A DNA stretch of 64,000 nucleotides from Candidatus Dormiibacterota bacterium (GCA_963757475.1 CAVWRW010000002.1:17686-81685); one strand, 5' to 3'. Numbered from the stretch's first letter, positions 43,128 through 53,734 are shown. Translations and numbers: made by a program. Notes: generated by a model not told the origin, from the sequence alone.

Positions 43128-43871
43128 ATCCGCGCCTCAGCGTCGTGATCCCTGCCTACAACGAGGGCGAAGCGGTCGTCCCATTTCTCGACCGCATCTG
43201 CGAAGCGATCACACTGCCCGCAGAGGTGCTGGTGATCTACAACTCGCCGGACGACACGACCGTCCCATTCCTCCGCGCCTATGCGAAGCGGGAGCAGCGC
43301 TTGAAACCCTTGCACAACACTTACGGACGGGGGCCGGCGCAAGCGCTCCGCTACGGCATCGACCACGCGGTTGCCGATGTCGTGGTGGTGACGATGGCGG
43401 ACGGGAGTGACGATCCGATGCAGATCGATCAATTGACCCGTCTCGTCGAGCGCGGGGTCGTGGTCGCATGTGCCTCGCGGTACATGCGCGGTGGGCAGCA
43501 GGTCGGCGGCCCGTGGCTGAAGGGCCGCATCTCCCGGCTCGCAGGCGTGTCACTGAACATGGCTGGACGCGTCGGCACGCACGACGCGACGAACTCGTTC
43601 AAAGCCTACTCGCGCCAGTTCATCCAGCGTGTGGGGATCGAACTCGGATGCGGGGTTCGAGCTGGGGATCGAGCTGGTTGCAAAAGCTCGTCGTCTGGGC
43701 CTGCCCGTTGCCGAAATTCCCACCATCTGGCTCGACCGCGCGAACGGAACGTCGAATTTTCAGGCCAAGGCCTGGATTCCCCGATATCTGCATTGGTACC
43801 TGTATGCGCTCGGCCTCGCAAGCGCGAAGTCGTCGGGGGTCTCGGCACATCGTCCAGGTGGTACGCCATGA
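43124..43871 (+). CDS. GT2 polyprenyl-phosphate glycosyltransferase (DPM1/ArnC/RgtE-like); one frameshift (1-nt insertion near 43640)
   Basis: MNPRLSVVIPAYNEGEAV...VVVTMADGSDDP (DxD region) ...TNSFKAYSRQFIQRVGIE continues in the next frame as SDAGFELGIELVAKARRLGLPVAEIPTIW (ORF 43629..43871). GTG at 43124 overlaps the ugd stop. Confidence 0.65.
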
Positions 43872-44896
43872 AGAAGGTGATGGTCACGGGATCCGCGGGA
43901 TTCATCGGCGGGTACATCGTCGAGGAACTGCTCCAACGCGGATATCACGTGGTCGGCCTTGACAACGAATCGAAGTACGGCCCGGCGACCAGGTCATATG
44001 ACGGACACGCACATTACCGCCTCGTTCGAGGCGATGCCCGCGATGTCGAACTCCTGGCAGTGAGCTGCTGAGCGACTGTGATCATCTGATCGCGGGCGCC
44101 GCGATGATCGGAGGGATCTCGTACTTCCACACGTACGCGTACGATCTGCTGGCGACGAACGAGCGGATCATCGCCGCAACGTGCGACGCCGCGATTCGCG
44201 CGCATCGCAGCGGTTCGCTCAGCAAGGTTACGTACATCAGCTCCTCGATGGTCTTCGAGTCGACCGACACGTGGCCGTCGGTCCGAAGGACAGGAGCTCG
44301 AGACCCCGCCGCCGCGCTCGTCATATGGCTTCCAGAAGCTCGCGGTGGAGTACTTCGCTCGCGCCGCACACCAGCAGCACGGGCTCCCGTACACCATCGT
44401 GCGGCCCTTCAACTGCGTTGGCATCGGCGAGGGCCGCGCACTGGGCGACGTGGAGATCCTCAGCGGCAACATCAAACTCGCGATGAGCCACGTCGTACCG
44501 GATCTCGTGCAGAAGGTGCTGAAGGGCCAGGATCCGCTGCACATCCTCGGCGACGGCCAGCAGATCCGTCACTACACGTATGGCGGAGACCTCGCAAAAG
44601 GCATCGTCACTGCGATGGAGAGCCCCGCGGCACTGAACGACGACTTCAACCTGTCGACCGCGGAGTCGACGACGGTCCTCGCGCTGGCAGAAAGGATCTG
44701 GCACCGCATCAAGGGCGATGAGGTGCCGTTCCGCTATGTGAGCGATCCACCCTTCGAGCACGATGTGCAGCGGAGGATCCCTTCAACGGACAAGGCGCGG
44801 CGAGTGCTGGGCTTCGCAGCGACCACCTCACTCGAGCAGATGCTCGACGAGGTGATCCCGTGGATCGAACGAGCCATCGTCGCTGGGCTGATGTAG
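43868..44896 (+). CDS. NAD-dependent sugar-nucleotide epimerase/dehydratase (SDR family); two frameshifts
   Basis: MKKVMVTGSAGFIGGYIVEELLQRGYHVVGLD (GxxGxxG) in frame 2; DHLIAGAAMIGGISYFHT...KVTYISSSMVFEST in frame 1; YGFQKLAVEYF (YxxxK)...PYTIVRPFNCVGIGE...C-terminal region in frame 2 (ORF 44345..44896). Confidence 0.6.
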
Positions 44897-44922
44897 TGCC
44901 GTCGCGTTGACAGGGTGCTGGT

Positions 44923-45483
44923 CTACGAGCGCGCCAGGACGAGCTCGTACGACACTCCTGGGCTGCCTGCAATGTCAACTGGGCCGACGGCGACGAACCC
45001 GGCGTTCGCGAGTACTCGCTGAGAGGCGACGTTCGCGTTGCTGGTTGCCGCCGTGAGGGTCCGCAGCCCGTAGTCGTCAGCCGCGAGCCGGCACAGGTCC
45101 TTCAAGGCGGACGACGCAACGCCGCGACCTGACACCGACCGTGCTATGCGATACCCAACCTCGGCGGTCCCGTTCACGACGCGGTACAAGTTGAAGCGCC
45201 CCACCACCGTCCCGCCGCCATCGACGAGGACGTGAAAGAACCCGAGGCCGTGCTCCTGCTCTGTCAGCATCGCGCGGAAGTGGTCCGCGAACGTGGCAAA
45301 GAAGTCGTCGCCACGATCACTGATCGTCTCGGCGAAGTACGTCCGGTTTGCCCGCTCAAGTTCGAGCACGGCGGGCTCATGGTCGATGCGAAGACGCTGC
45401 AGCGCGAACATAGTTCTAACGTACTCGGGTGTGACGTCACCTGACCGCTGACCGATCACATTCGTACGCGGATTCGCGTTCAT
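44923..45483 (-). CDS. GNAT-family N-acetyltransferase (RimJ/RimL-like)
   Basis: 186 aa; GNAT core VVGRFNLYRV...EVGYRIARSVSGRGVASSALKDLCRLAADDYGLRTLTAATSNANVASQRVLANAGF. Confidence 0.65.
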   Translation of the reverse strand: MNANPRTNVIGQRSGDVTPEYVRTMFALQRLRIDHEPAVLELERANRTYFAETISDRGDDFFATFADHFRAMLTEQEHGLGFFHVLVDGGGTVVGRFNLYRVVNGTAEVGYRIARSVSGRGVASSALKDLCRLAADDYGLRTLTAATSNANVASQRVLANAGFVAVGPVDIAGSPGVSYELVLARS

Positions 45484-46676
45484 TCCTCGTCAGCGACTAC
45501 CACGCGGGCCCTGCCTGACGACTTCGCCTCTCTGGCCGCTTTACGCGCCGCGGCTTCAGCGGAGTCCTGGTCGTCGGACCCGAGACACGCGGCGACACCG
45601 GCCGAGAACGTCACCTCGATCTCGTCGAAGCGCAGCTCAGCCCGTGCGCGCTGAATCAACGCCTCGAGTTCGTCGACGACAGCCGTCACCGGAACGCCGG
45701 GGACAATCACGAGAAACTCGTCGCCGCCCCACCGAACGACGATCGTGCCTTCCTGGAGTGTCCGCAGGAGCCCGGCGATACCGATGAGCGCTTGATCGCC
45801 GGCGCCCCAGTTCTGGTCGTCGAGCCCGTTCAGGTCACGCAGATTGTCGACGTCGACAAACACCACCACCCGGCTACCGGATAGGCGTCCTATGACCTCC
45901 GCAAGTCCGCGTCGGTTCCATGTCCCTGTCAGAGGGTCGTACAGCGCGAGTTCGGCGCGTTTTTCGGCAGATGCGAGGCGATCGCGAAGGTCTCCGGCCT
46001 GGCCCCCGAGCTGGCCCTGGCGCAACTCGAGCAGCTCTAGTCGCTGATGGAGCTCGCGTGTCGCTTCGATCCGGTCGGCCCACTGGACCTCCCACAGAAG
46101 ATCGCTCGCCACCGGTTTGCGGCTGGGTCCCCTTCGGAAGGTCGTGCGTAGTTGCAGACGGAGACGCGTGTCGTCGATGAGGAAGGGCTGACCAGCAACG
46201 TCGAGCCTGATCTTGCGGGCGAGTTGCGAAAGACTTGTGGCAGCGTCGACACGTTCGAAGAGTACGGCGAACTCGTCGCCGCCGACGCGCGCGATACATC
46301 GGGGCGGGTTGTCCGCAAACAACTCGCGGAGACGTTGGGCGATCTGCACGAGGATGCCGTCGCCGCAGTCAAACCCGTACGTCGCATTGATTCCTCGCAG
46401 ACCCTCGATGTCGATCAGCACGATCCCGTATGCGTCGCCTGCATCGTTCGAGCGGCATCGCGCGTCGACCTCGCGTTCGATAAGCATGAACTCGTGGATC
46501 GTTGCGAGACCAGTTTGGCGATCGAAGCCGAGGGGAGAGCCACCGGTCGAGGCCGTCATGGGGCCGACCGACCGCTGACTTCGACGCGATTGCGACCCAA
46601 ACGTTTCGCCTCCAGTAGAGCTTTGTTTGCGGCATCGACAAGCGAGGCTGAACTCTGGCCGGCGCACGGGTCGCAC
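45480..46676 (-). CDS. Dual GGDEF-domain protein (GGDEF - coiled coil - GGDEF)
   Basis: Two diguanylate-cyclase-like domains: IVLIDIEGLRGINATYGFDCGDGIL...RVGGDEFAVLF and LYDPLTGTWNRRGLAEV...VVVFVDVDNLRDLNGLDDQNWGAGDQAL...RWGGDEFLVIV. They are separated by a coiled-coil linker (ELHQRLELLELRQGQL...). Confidence 0.7.
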   Translation of the reverse strand: MRPVRRPEFSLACRCRKQSSTGGETFGSQSRRSQRSVGPMTASTGGSPLGFDRQTGLATIHEFMLIEREVDARCRSNDAGDAYGIVLIDIEGLRGINATYGFDCGDGILVQIAQRLRELFADNPPRCIARVGGDEFAVLFERVDAATSLSQLARKIRLDVAGQPFLIDDTRLRLQLRTTFRRGPSRKPVASDLLWEVQWADRIEATRELHQRLELLELRQGQLGGQAGDLRDRLASAEKRAELALYDPLTGTWNRRGLAEVIGRLSGSRVVVFVDVDNLRDLNGLDDQNWGAGDQALIGIAGLLRTLQEGTIVVRWGGDEFLVIVPGVPVTAVVDELEALIQRARAELRFDEIEVTFSAGVAACLGSDDQDSAEAAARKAAREAKSSGRARVVVADEE

Positions 46677-48071
46677 TCCGCGACGCCAATCGATACCGTG
46701 ACGATGTGCGGCACTGGGCGATTTTCATGCGCAATTCGCAAGCCGGCGACTGCGCTGCGCAAGCGTTCGGCAAGATTGGTGGCATCGCCGAGCGACGTGC
46801 GAGGCAGAACGACGGTTATCTCCTCTCCGCCGTAGCGATAGACGAAATCGCCGGGTCGGCAGGCGTCTCTCAGCCCCTCTGCTACGCGTCGCAGCGTGAT
46901 GTTCGCCGGCTGGTATAGGTATCGCTCGTTGTAGTTGTGGAAGTAGTCGATGTCGCAAAGGACGAGCGAGTATGCAGCGTCCTGCGCTGCGGCATCTGCG
47001 TGCATCGTCCGCAGGTCGCTCTCGAATGCTTGCGCGTTCAACAGGCCTGTTCTCAGGTCATGCCTTGTGTCGTGCTCGAGTCGCACAACATCAGACTTGA
47101 GCTCCTCCACCAACTGGTCGGCCGCGAGCAGCGCCGCGCGCTCCTCTTTCCGGCGTTGGTCCCACCCTGGCGTATCGCGGCGGTAGAAGAACACGCCACC
47201 CGGAACTCGAGATCTTGGCCTCCAGGAGCGCGATGTCGGCGCGGCTGACAACGCCCGGCCAGTGACGCGCCATCTTCGTCGAGGCCACACCGCTAGTGAT
47301 GGTGACCTGATGACCGGTGCCCGGTAACGGACGCCCGATCAACCGGGTTGCGCCATCGAGACGCCGGCGGGCAGCGGAAACGCCGCAGTGTGGAAAGAGA
47401 ACCGCAAATCGCTCGCCACCAAACCGTGCCACCATCGCGTCGTCGCCGACGGAGGTGGTCAGGCGATTGGCCACGCAGCTCAATGCCCGATCCCCGGCCG
47501 CGAAGCCGAATAGGTCGTTGATCGCCTTCATGTTGTCGACGTCCAACAACGCGAGCATCGCGGAGGGAACTGCGCCGTCGGTGAACAACCTCCGGCCGTA
47601 TTGCTCAAGAGCGCCGCGTGTGAGGAGTCCAGTCAGGTCGTCTATTCGGGCGATTTGCTCGGCTTGATCAACCGCTTGCTGCATCTGAGATCGATCCACG
47701 AGGGTGAGCACGACCCCAGCCACTTCGGGGACGTTGGTCAGGTTCACCGCCGTCATTTCAATCGTTCGCTCGCGTCCGTCGGCAAGCCGGCACGTTGCGA
47801 CAAGACTGGTTCGGGCGCTCGCGCTCTGAACGCCCGCGCCTCGCAGGAATGAATCGACCTGGTCTTGCGACTCCGCGATGAAGAGCGACGGGAAGAGCTC
47901 GCCAACGACGTTCGTGGTCGTTCCAGACAGCATTTCCTGTGCTGCCTGCGTGTGATGCCGAACGATCGCATCCGATCCGACGACGACCAGCGCTACCGAC
48001 GTCAACTCGACGACTTCCCGATAGAAGCCTGGTGTCTGGATCGCCTGATCCTCTGCAATTCCATTGAGCAT
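46556..48071 (-). CDS. PAS - GGDEF - coiled coil - GGDEF protein (paralog of the neighbouring gene); one frameshift near nt 47205
   Basis: ORF 47091..48071 is PAS-like plus GGDEF (IDDLTGLLTRGALE...ALLDVDNMKAINDLFGFAAGDRAL...RFGGERFAVLF...ADIALLEAK). ORF 46556..47290 is a coiled coil plus a second GGDEF (LLNAQAFESDL...LVLCDIDYFHNYNERYLYQPANITL...RYGGEEITVVL...ALLEAKRLGRNRVEV). Removing one base joins them (EAK-SRVPGGVFFY). Confidence 0.6.
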
Positions 48072-48338
48072 CGATCTGCCCCTTCCACGAACCGTCTGGC
48101 TTTCATAGGTTCACGCGCCGTTGTGAGATAGAGGTTGCGTTAAGGCGACCGACGCGCAACGGTATGGTGCTGCCCAGACCTGTGACGGAACGGTGGTGAC
48201 TTCCGCCAGGGCGTCGAACACGCGCATGCTGGTCGAGCGTTGACCGACCCGGGACACCCGGCTCCGTCGATGAATAACTCAGGGGAAGAGTTGCCATAGC
48301 GGCATGCCACTCGCCGAACTCTCGGTGAGCAAACGGAG

Positions 48339-49496
48339 ATGCACATGGCGATAAAACACCTCTTCAGCCACCTTCCATCGATTGGACGCACCCGCGCACT
48401 GCCAACCGCCACGGCCTCGCGCCTTGACACGCAAAAGCGGGCGTTCGAAATCAGGGCCGGCCTGACGCCGGGATCGACGTATGAGAGCGTTCTCATCGAC
48501 GGGCGCGAGCAGGGCTACGTGATGAGCCGATCGGCGCACTTCACCGTCTGGTCCGAGATGGCCGATCAAATCTACGTGCAGGGCGACGAACTACCGTCCC
48601 AATGCGTCGCACGGATGTGGGAAGGCCCGCGTGGCGCGGCGGTCAGTGAGGACGAGCAGTGGTGCGTCGTCGTCGGCCTCGGATTGGTCGCGTTCCGGCT
48701 GCGCGCCGAGACCAACGTGCAGTCGTACGGGCGGCGTCCGTTTCACGAGCGCTGGCAACTCCACCTGCCTATGAAGGGCGATCTCGCCGACGCGGTCCTG
48801 TTCACCAGCGTGCGAGCGCTCGGAGGGCACCGGTTTGTCGTATCGACGCACTGGGGCATGGGGAATATGTGGACCACTCGCGAGTGGGCCTATGACGCCG
48901 ATACCAATACACTCGGAGAACCGCGGGACATCATCGATGAGAAGAGAATGCGTGCCGCTATCCGGCCGCAGCGCTCGACGGCGTACGCGGACGAGCATCA
49001 ATTGGCGGCAGCGCTGCGATTGGACGGCGCGGAGTCCACAACGGAAGCTGGGATAACGTTCGAGCCGAACTCCTCGGGGGGTGAATCGGTCATCGCCAAA
49101 GGCACGCCGATCGGATCCGTGCTCAAACGCTCTCAACGCTTCGTGGTCTGGCAAGAATTGGGTTCCATGGCCTGCGTCGAGGGGGAGGGACTCCCGTGGC
49201 TCCTTCTTGACGACATGTACGGAGGGGCGATGGCCGCGGCGATCAGCCCAGACGAGGAGTGGTGCATCGTCGTTGGTTGCGGCATTCGCGTCCGTCGTCT
49301 GCGGGTCGCGGGAGAGTTCCGGATACATGGTGCTGATCCCAGCAATATCCTCTGGCTCAGCCAGGCAGAGGCACTCGACGAACACAAGTTCCGACTGCGC
49401 AGTGGCGCCGGCCCCCTGGCCCGGGAGTATGTCTACGACGCGGACACCGACGAGCTGCGGCCCAGCCCTGCCGAGCCGACGATTGATGTGCAGTGA
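48339..49496 (+). CDS. Hypothetical protein with an internal tandem duplication (two ~150-aa repeats)
   Basis: 385 aa; repeated elements SEDEQWCVVVGLGLVAFRLR / SPDEEWCIVVGCGIRVRRLRV and WAYDADTNTLGEP / YVYDADTDELRP. No known family recognised. A lower-GC 267-nt upstream region precedes it. Confidence 0.45.
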   Translation: MHMAIKHLFSHLPSIGRTRALPTATASRLDTQKRAFEIRAGLTPGSTYESVLIDGREQGYVMSRSAHFTVWSEMADQIYVQGDELPSQCVARMWEGPRGAAVSEDEQWCVVVGLGLVAFRLRAETNVQSYGRRPFHERWQLHLPMKGDLADAVLFTSVRALGGHRFVVSTHWGMGNMWTTREWAYDADTNTLGEPRDIIDEKRMRAAIRPQRSTAYADEHQLAAALRLDGAESTTEAGITFEPNSSGGESVIAKGTPIGSVLKRSQRFVVWQELGSMACVEGEGLPWLLLDDMYGGAMAAAISPDEEWCIVVGCGIRVRRLRVAGEFRIHGADPSNILWLSQAEALDEHKFRLRSGAGPLAREYVYDADTDELRPSPAEPTIDVQ

Positions 49497-49772
49497 ACCG
49501 GGAAGTGGCACCCGTGGCACACGTCTGCGTTCGCAGTTTGCAAGGGATGACAACGCGGGCCATGCCAAACCAGGTCGCCATCGACATCACCCGCAGTCGG
49601 GACGACCCTCGCGGACACCTCAAGCAGGGCGCGGTGACGGCGACCAACACCACCGACGTGGACCGCGCTTGTCACGGTACTCAACCAGGTCCTTGCCAGC
49701 GAGACGGTGTGCTAGCTGCGGCAACGCAGAACGCGGTCGTCGCCCAGGCCTTCAGGGAGTCCGAGGTCGCCC

Positions 49773-49847
49773 TGGAGCCGACGGGGAGATTCGAACTCCC
49801 GGCCAGCGGTTTACGAAACCGCTGCTCTACCACTGAGCTACGTCGGC
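49773..49847 (-). tRNA. tRNA-Thr (anticodon CGT), CCA encoded
   Basis: The reverse complement folds as a cloverleaf: GCCGACG-TA-GCTC-AGTGGTA-GAGC-A-GCGGT-TTCGTAA-ACCGC-TGGCC-GGGAG-TTCGAAT-CTCCC-CGTCGGC-T-CCA; the anticodon loop uuCGUaa. Confidence 0.85.
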
Positions 49848-49916
49848 GTGGTCGGGCTCCGGCAGCGTGCGGGCCTGCCAATACTAGCCCGGACGACCTA
49901 CGGCGCTACCCTCAAC

Positions 49917-50393
49917 TCACAGCGGCAGGGTGATGACCGGTCCCAACGAGGCGAGATCCGCTTCGGCGGTGCTGACACCCGCGCCGAGCAACTCGCCGTT
50001 CGAGGCGTCGATCTCGAGGATGTTGTAGCTCCCTGTCGGTAGCTTCGTCGCGGGTGGCGGGATCGAGGCGCCGTTCGCGGTGAAATGACCCTGCGTCTGC
50101 ACCAGGTAGACCGGCTTGCTGGGATCCGGCAACTCATCCGTCACAGCGCCAGCGCCGTGCTCAGTCGTCAGGACTACCTCGGCTGAGCTGACGTTCGGAT
50201 CACCGTCAAATGCGGCCGAGGTTTTCGCGAGCTGTTCCAGCATCGTCAGGGTCACGGTCGAGCCCGCCGGTCGCTGCAGCTGCGCCGAACCCGCTGCGCC
50301 GCAGGCGATAAGAGTCAGCACTGCAGGGAGGACGACAAACCACGACACGTGCATGCGAATCGAATGACGATCGTGCGTGGAGGCGTTGTTCAT
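49917..50393 (-). CDS. Hypothetical lipoprotein
   Basis: Start MNNASTHDRHSIRMHVSWFVVLPAVLTLIACGAAG (lipobox LIAC|G); 159 aa. The longer upstream extension is a likely GC shadow. Confidence 0.45.
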   Translation of the reverse strand: MNNASTHDRHSIRMHVSWFVVLPAVLTLIACGAAGSAQLQRPAGSTVTLTMLEQLAKTSAAFDGDPNVSSAEVVLTTEHGAGAVTDELPDPSKPVYLVQTQGHFTANGASIPPPATKLPTGSYNILEIDASNGELLGAGVSTAEADLASLGPVITLPL

Positions 50394-50517
50394 GGCTTTC
50401 TTCCTGCGCTCGGGGCGACGCCTGCCGGTGTGGCCGCAGCGAAGCCTGACACCGTCGCCTGCCGATCGCAATAGTGAGCCGGCAACGAGCGGCCGATGCG
50501 CATATCGCCGAGCTGGC

Positions 50518-51637
50518 TCAACCGGCCGCGACGTCAGCTCGCCATTGCACCGGCTGGCCGAAGAACTCGCTGATCGAGCCAACCTCGCGACGGATGCCAG
50601 TCTTCACGCGGCCGGATAGCGGCTCGAACGGTGTCACGACGATCCCGTACCCGCCGGGGACACGATCGAGTCGCCACCCTCCCACGATCCACCCGTCGAC
50701 GAGGACGACGGGCCGGATCCAACCTCCGCCTCCCGTGTGAATCCAAGTCTCTGCAGCGACGCCGCCGAGTTGGTCCCGCCGCTTGTAGCCGAGCAGGAAC
50801 GTATCGAAGTGGCCGAGGAGCCTCACGATCGGCCCCTGCCCTGGCAGGTCCGAGGTCACAGGCCCGAGCGTCGAGAGTTCCCGGGATCACACCGGGAAAG
50901 TCCACGATCTGGTCAGCGACCGCCGCCCAGCCTGCGCGTGCAGCGCCAACCGGCAGACCGGACCATGCGGCGAAGTCGGCTGCGGTCGCAGGGCCATACG
51001 CTCGTAGGTATCGACGCGCGAGCTCAGCCATCGCGGCGTCGCCGCGCGGCCCGTCCGACTGCGGCACCCAGTCGTCCAGCAGGACGAAGCTGTCGTCACG
51101 CCCAACCCGCGGCCCGCAGCAGATCACGCCGGTCGTCGCCGCATGGAAGAGCAGGTGAATCAATGACTGCCCGACGGGCTCGCGCAAAACATTCGAGGTG
51201 ATGAGGCGGTCACGGATCTGGCGTCGCGCCATGGGCCCGTCTGCGAGAGCCTTGCGTAGAACATCGATGCCGCGGCGGCACGTCGCCTGGTCGAGTCCAA
51301 CTTCGACGCGCCGACGCTCACCCAACCGATTGGCGTTCGGACCAAGAATGTCGAGCAGCCAACGCAGATCGTCGGCGGCGCAGAGATGCAGCGTGCCGCG
51401 CATCAGCCACGTGCGCACAACTGAGCGTTCCACGTCGAATGCGTGATCGACCGCACCGGCTGTGAGCCCAGAACTGCGCACGCGCACTTGGTGGCGCGCG
51501 GCGTCGAATGCCTGCGCCTGTAGCGCGCACACGGAAGCGACGACGCCTGCGACATCAGTGGTCAGCAGTGTGTCGTCAGTGAGGTGCTGCGAGCGCACGC
51601 GAGCGAGACGCAGCTTTCGCAGTGCGGCGTCAGGCAT
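50518..51637 (-). CDS. Winged-helix DNA glycosylase-like protein (YcaQ/AlkZ family); one frameshift near nt 50870
   Basis: MAELARRYLRAYGPATAADFAAWSGL (ORF 50534..51637) and VRLLGHFDTFLLGYKRRDQL...VVLVDGWIVGGW (ORF 50518..50859) together match AlkZ/YcaQ topology. Confidence 0.55.
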
Positions 51638-51661
51638 GGATGCGCACGGCGATCGCGGCGA

Positions 51662-52860
51662 TCAGAAGAAGTCGGGAATCCAGGGGACGCCGCCGGCGAT
51701 GAGCCGGTCCATCTCGATCAGCGCGTTCGCCTCGCCTTCCATCAGTCCGATCAGTGCTGCGTCCTGCGCGCGAAGCGCACTCGAATACCACGCGGAGAGC
51801 GCGCCGATGCCGGTTCGCACCGTGCCGCTGCCACCTTTCGTCACGCGTCCTTCGCCACCCTCGACCTCGAGGATCACGCGCTCGCCACCAAGGACGGGAT
51901 CGGACACTTCCAACTCGACCCGGCCGGCTGCATGTGCCGGCCATCCGCGCGCGCTCATCGCCACCTCGAGATCCACGATGCGTTGCATCCAGGGGATGAA
52001 CGCACTGACTTCGACCTCCCGATGTGGCTCCGCGAGCAGCAGATGCAGCGGCGACAGCTCAGGAAGTGTCGAATGCACGAAGACGACATCACCACTCTGC
52101 GACTCGTGGCCGCCGAGCAATCCGAGCAATCCACGGAGCGCATCTGTTGTCGAGTAGATGAACTCCTGGACGCGAACGCGGATCCAACTCCCCGGCAAGC
52201 GGTCGCTGTCGTAGCGCACGTACCCGGTGAGCGTGTCGCCCTCGTACCAGCCGTACTCCGCTTTGTGGCCGTCCGGATTGCCGGGGTCCCACTCGACGCT
52301 GAGCCACCAGTCCGGTCTGTCGAGCGGACCGTCCCACCGCGGCAACTGCGTGCGGCGCAATGCTTCAACCGCCGAACGGTCGGGATGCGCGCGCACCATA
52401 CCATCGCCCCGCAAGGCGCCGAGCGCTCGGGTCTGCACCGACTGACGGAACGTCTGCGTGCAGACCTCCCATCCCCAGCGGCGATAGAGCCGCACTGTTG
52501 CCGCGAACAGCGGTGCGACTGCGGCGCCGCTGTCACGCGCTGACGCAACACAATCGCGCATCAGCGCGCCGGCGACGCCACGGCGGCGCGACCCCGCGTC
52601 GACGACCACCGCCGAGATTCCCTGTGCGGGCACCGATCGGCCACCGAAGAACTCGCCCGTCGGCAGCATGATGTAGCCACCGACGACTTCGCCCCCGATG
52701 CGCGCGACACGCAGCGTCGTGTAGGGCTCCGCCGCCTTCAGCCAGCGCATGTTGTCGGCCGCACGACCGGCAAACGACACGGCATCGATCTCGGCGAAAC
52801 GCTGCCGTTCCGCGTCGTCGCGGATGTCCGAAATCTCGATGTCGCTCGCGGTATCGACCA
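51662..52860 (-). CDS. Eis-like GNAT acetyltransferase (GNAT plus SCP2-like C-terminal domain)
   Basis: From MVDTASDIEISDIRDDAERQRFAEIDAVSF...; GNAT core QGISAVVVDAGSRRRGVAGALMRDCVASARDSGAAVAPLFAATVRLYRRWGWEV; about 399 aa as for Eis. The N-terminal 270 codons of the ORF-track ORF are antisense to the VOC gene and are rejected. Confidence 0.6.
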
Positions 52861-52963
52861 TCAGGCGCCGAGTGTACTCGCGACGGCTCGAACGCCCGAA
52901 CCGCCGTGATACCTTCCCCGCGCGCACGCCGTGCGCGAGGGTCGGCGAGACGGAGGACGTGTG

Positions 52964-53734
52964 ATGGCAACTCCCACGACGGGCGAGCCCGGCTGGATCG
53001 ATCTCTGGAGCGCGGACGTCGACGCGTCCCAGGCGTTCTACACGGCACTCTTCGGCTGGACGGCAGACGTCATCCCGGACGCCGGCGGGTACGCGATCTT
53101 CCATCTCGATGGCAAACAGGTGGCCGGTGTCGGCCCGCGGATGAACGAGGAAAGCCCGACGGGATGGATGGCATACGTCCTCACCGACGACGCTGCGGCG
53201 TCTGCCGCGAAGGTGACCGAGGCAGGTGGAACGGTGATCGCCCCGCCGTTCGAGGTGATGACTGCTGGAACGATGGGGATCGTCGCTGACCCTTCTGGGG
53301 CGGTGATCGGTCTCTGGCAGCCCAGGGATCACCGTGGATTCGAGGCCGTGCGGGTCGCGGGCGCGTTCTGCTGGCTCGAGCTCAACGCCAAGGACCTGCC
53401 GACCGACAAGCTCTTCTACTGGAACGCCTTCGGCTGGGATCCGAAGGAGTCGACCGTTCCAGGTACCAACTACACCGAGTTCAAGCTGGACGGGACCAGC
53501 GTCGCCGGTGCCCTCCCCATGGACGCGGATGCGCCTCCGGGCACACCGTCGAACTGGGTCGTCTACTTCGCGGTCGCCGACGCCGACGCGACCGTCGCCA
53601 AGCTGACCGAGCTCGGTGGAGGCGTGCACCACCCGCCCGACGACATCCCCGGAGTCGGGCGCTTCGCCATCGTCAACGACCCCCACGGCGCTGTCTTCGC
53701 GGTCCTCCAGAACACGCAGACCGCAGCCTCCTAG
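52964..53734 (+). CDS. Tandem VOC-domain (glyoxalase-family) protein
   Basis: Two VOC modules (PGWIDLWSADVDASQAFYTALFGW...GIVADPSGAVIGLWQ and FCWLELNAKDLPTDKLFYWNAFGW...FAIVNDPHGAVFAVLQ). Confidence 0.65.
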   Translation: MATPTTGEPGWIDLWSADVDASQAFYTALFGWTADVIPDAGGYAIFHLDGKQVAGVGPRMNEESPTGWMAYVLTDDAAASAAKVTEAGGTVIAPPFEVMTAGTMGIVADPSGAVIGLWQPRDHRGFEAVRVAGAFCWLELNAKDLPTDKLFYWNAFGWDPKESTVPGTNYTEFKLDGTSVAGALPMDADAPPGTPSNWVVYFAVADADATVAKLTELGGGVHHPPDDIPGVGRFAIVNDPHGAVFAVLQNTQTAAS

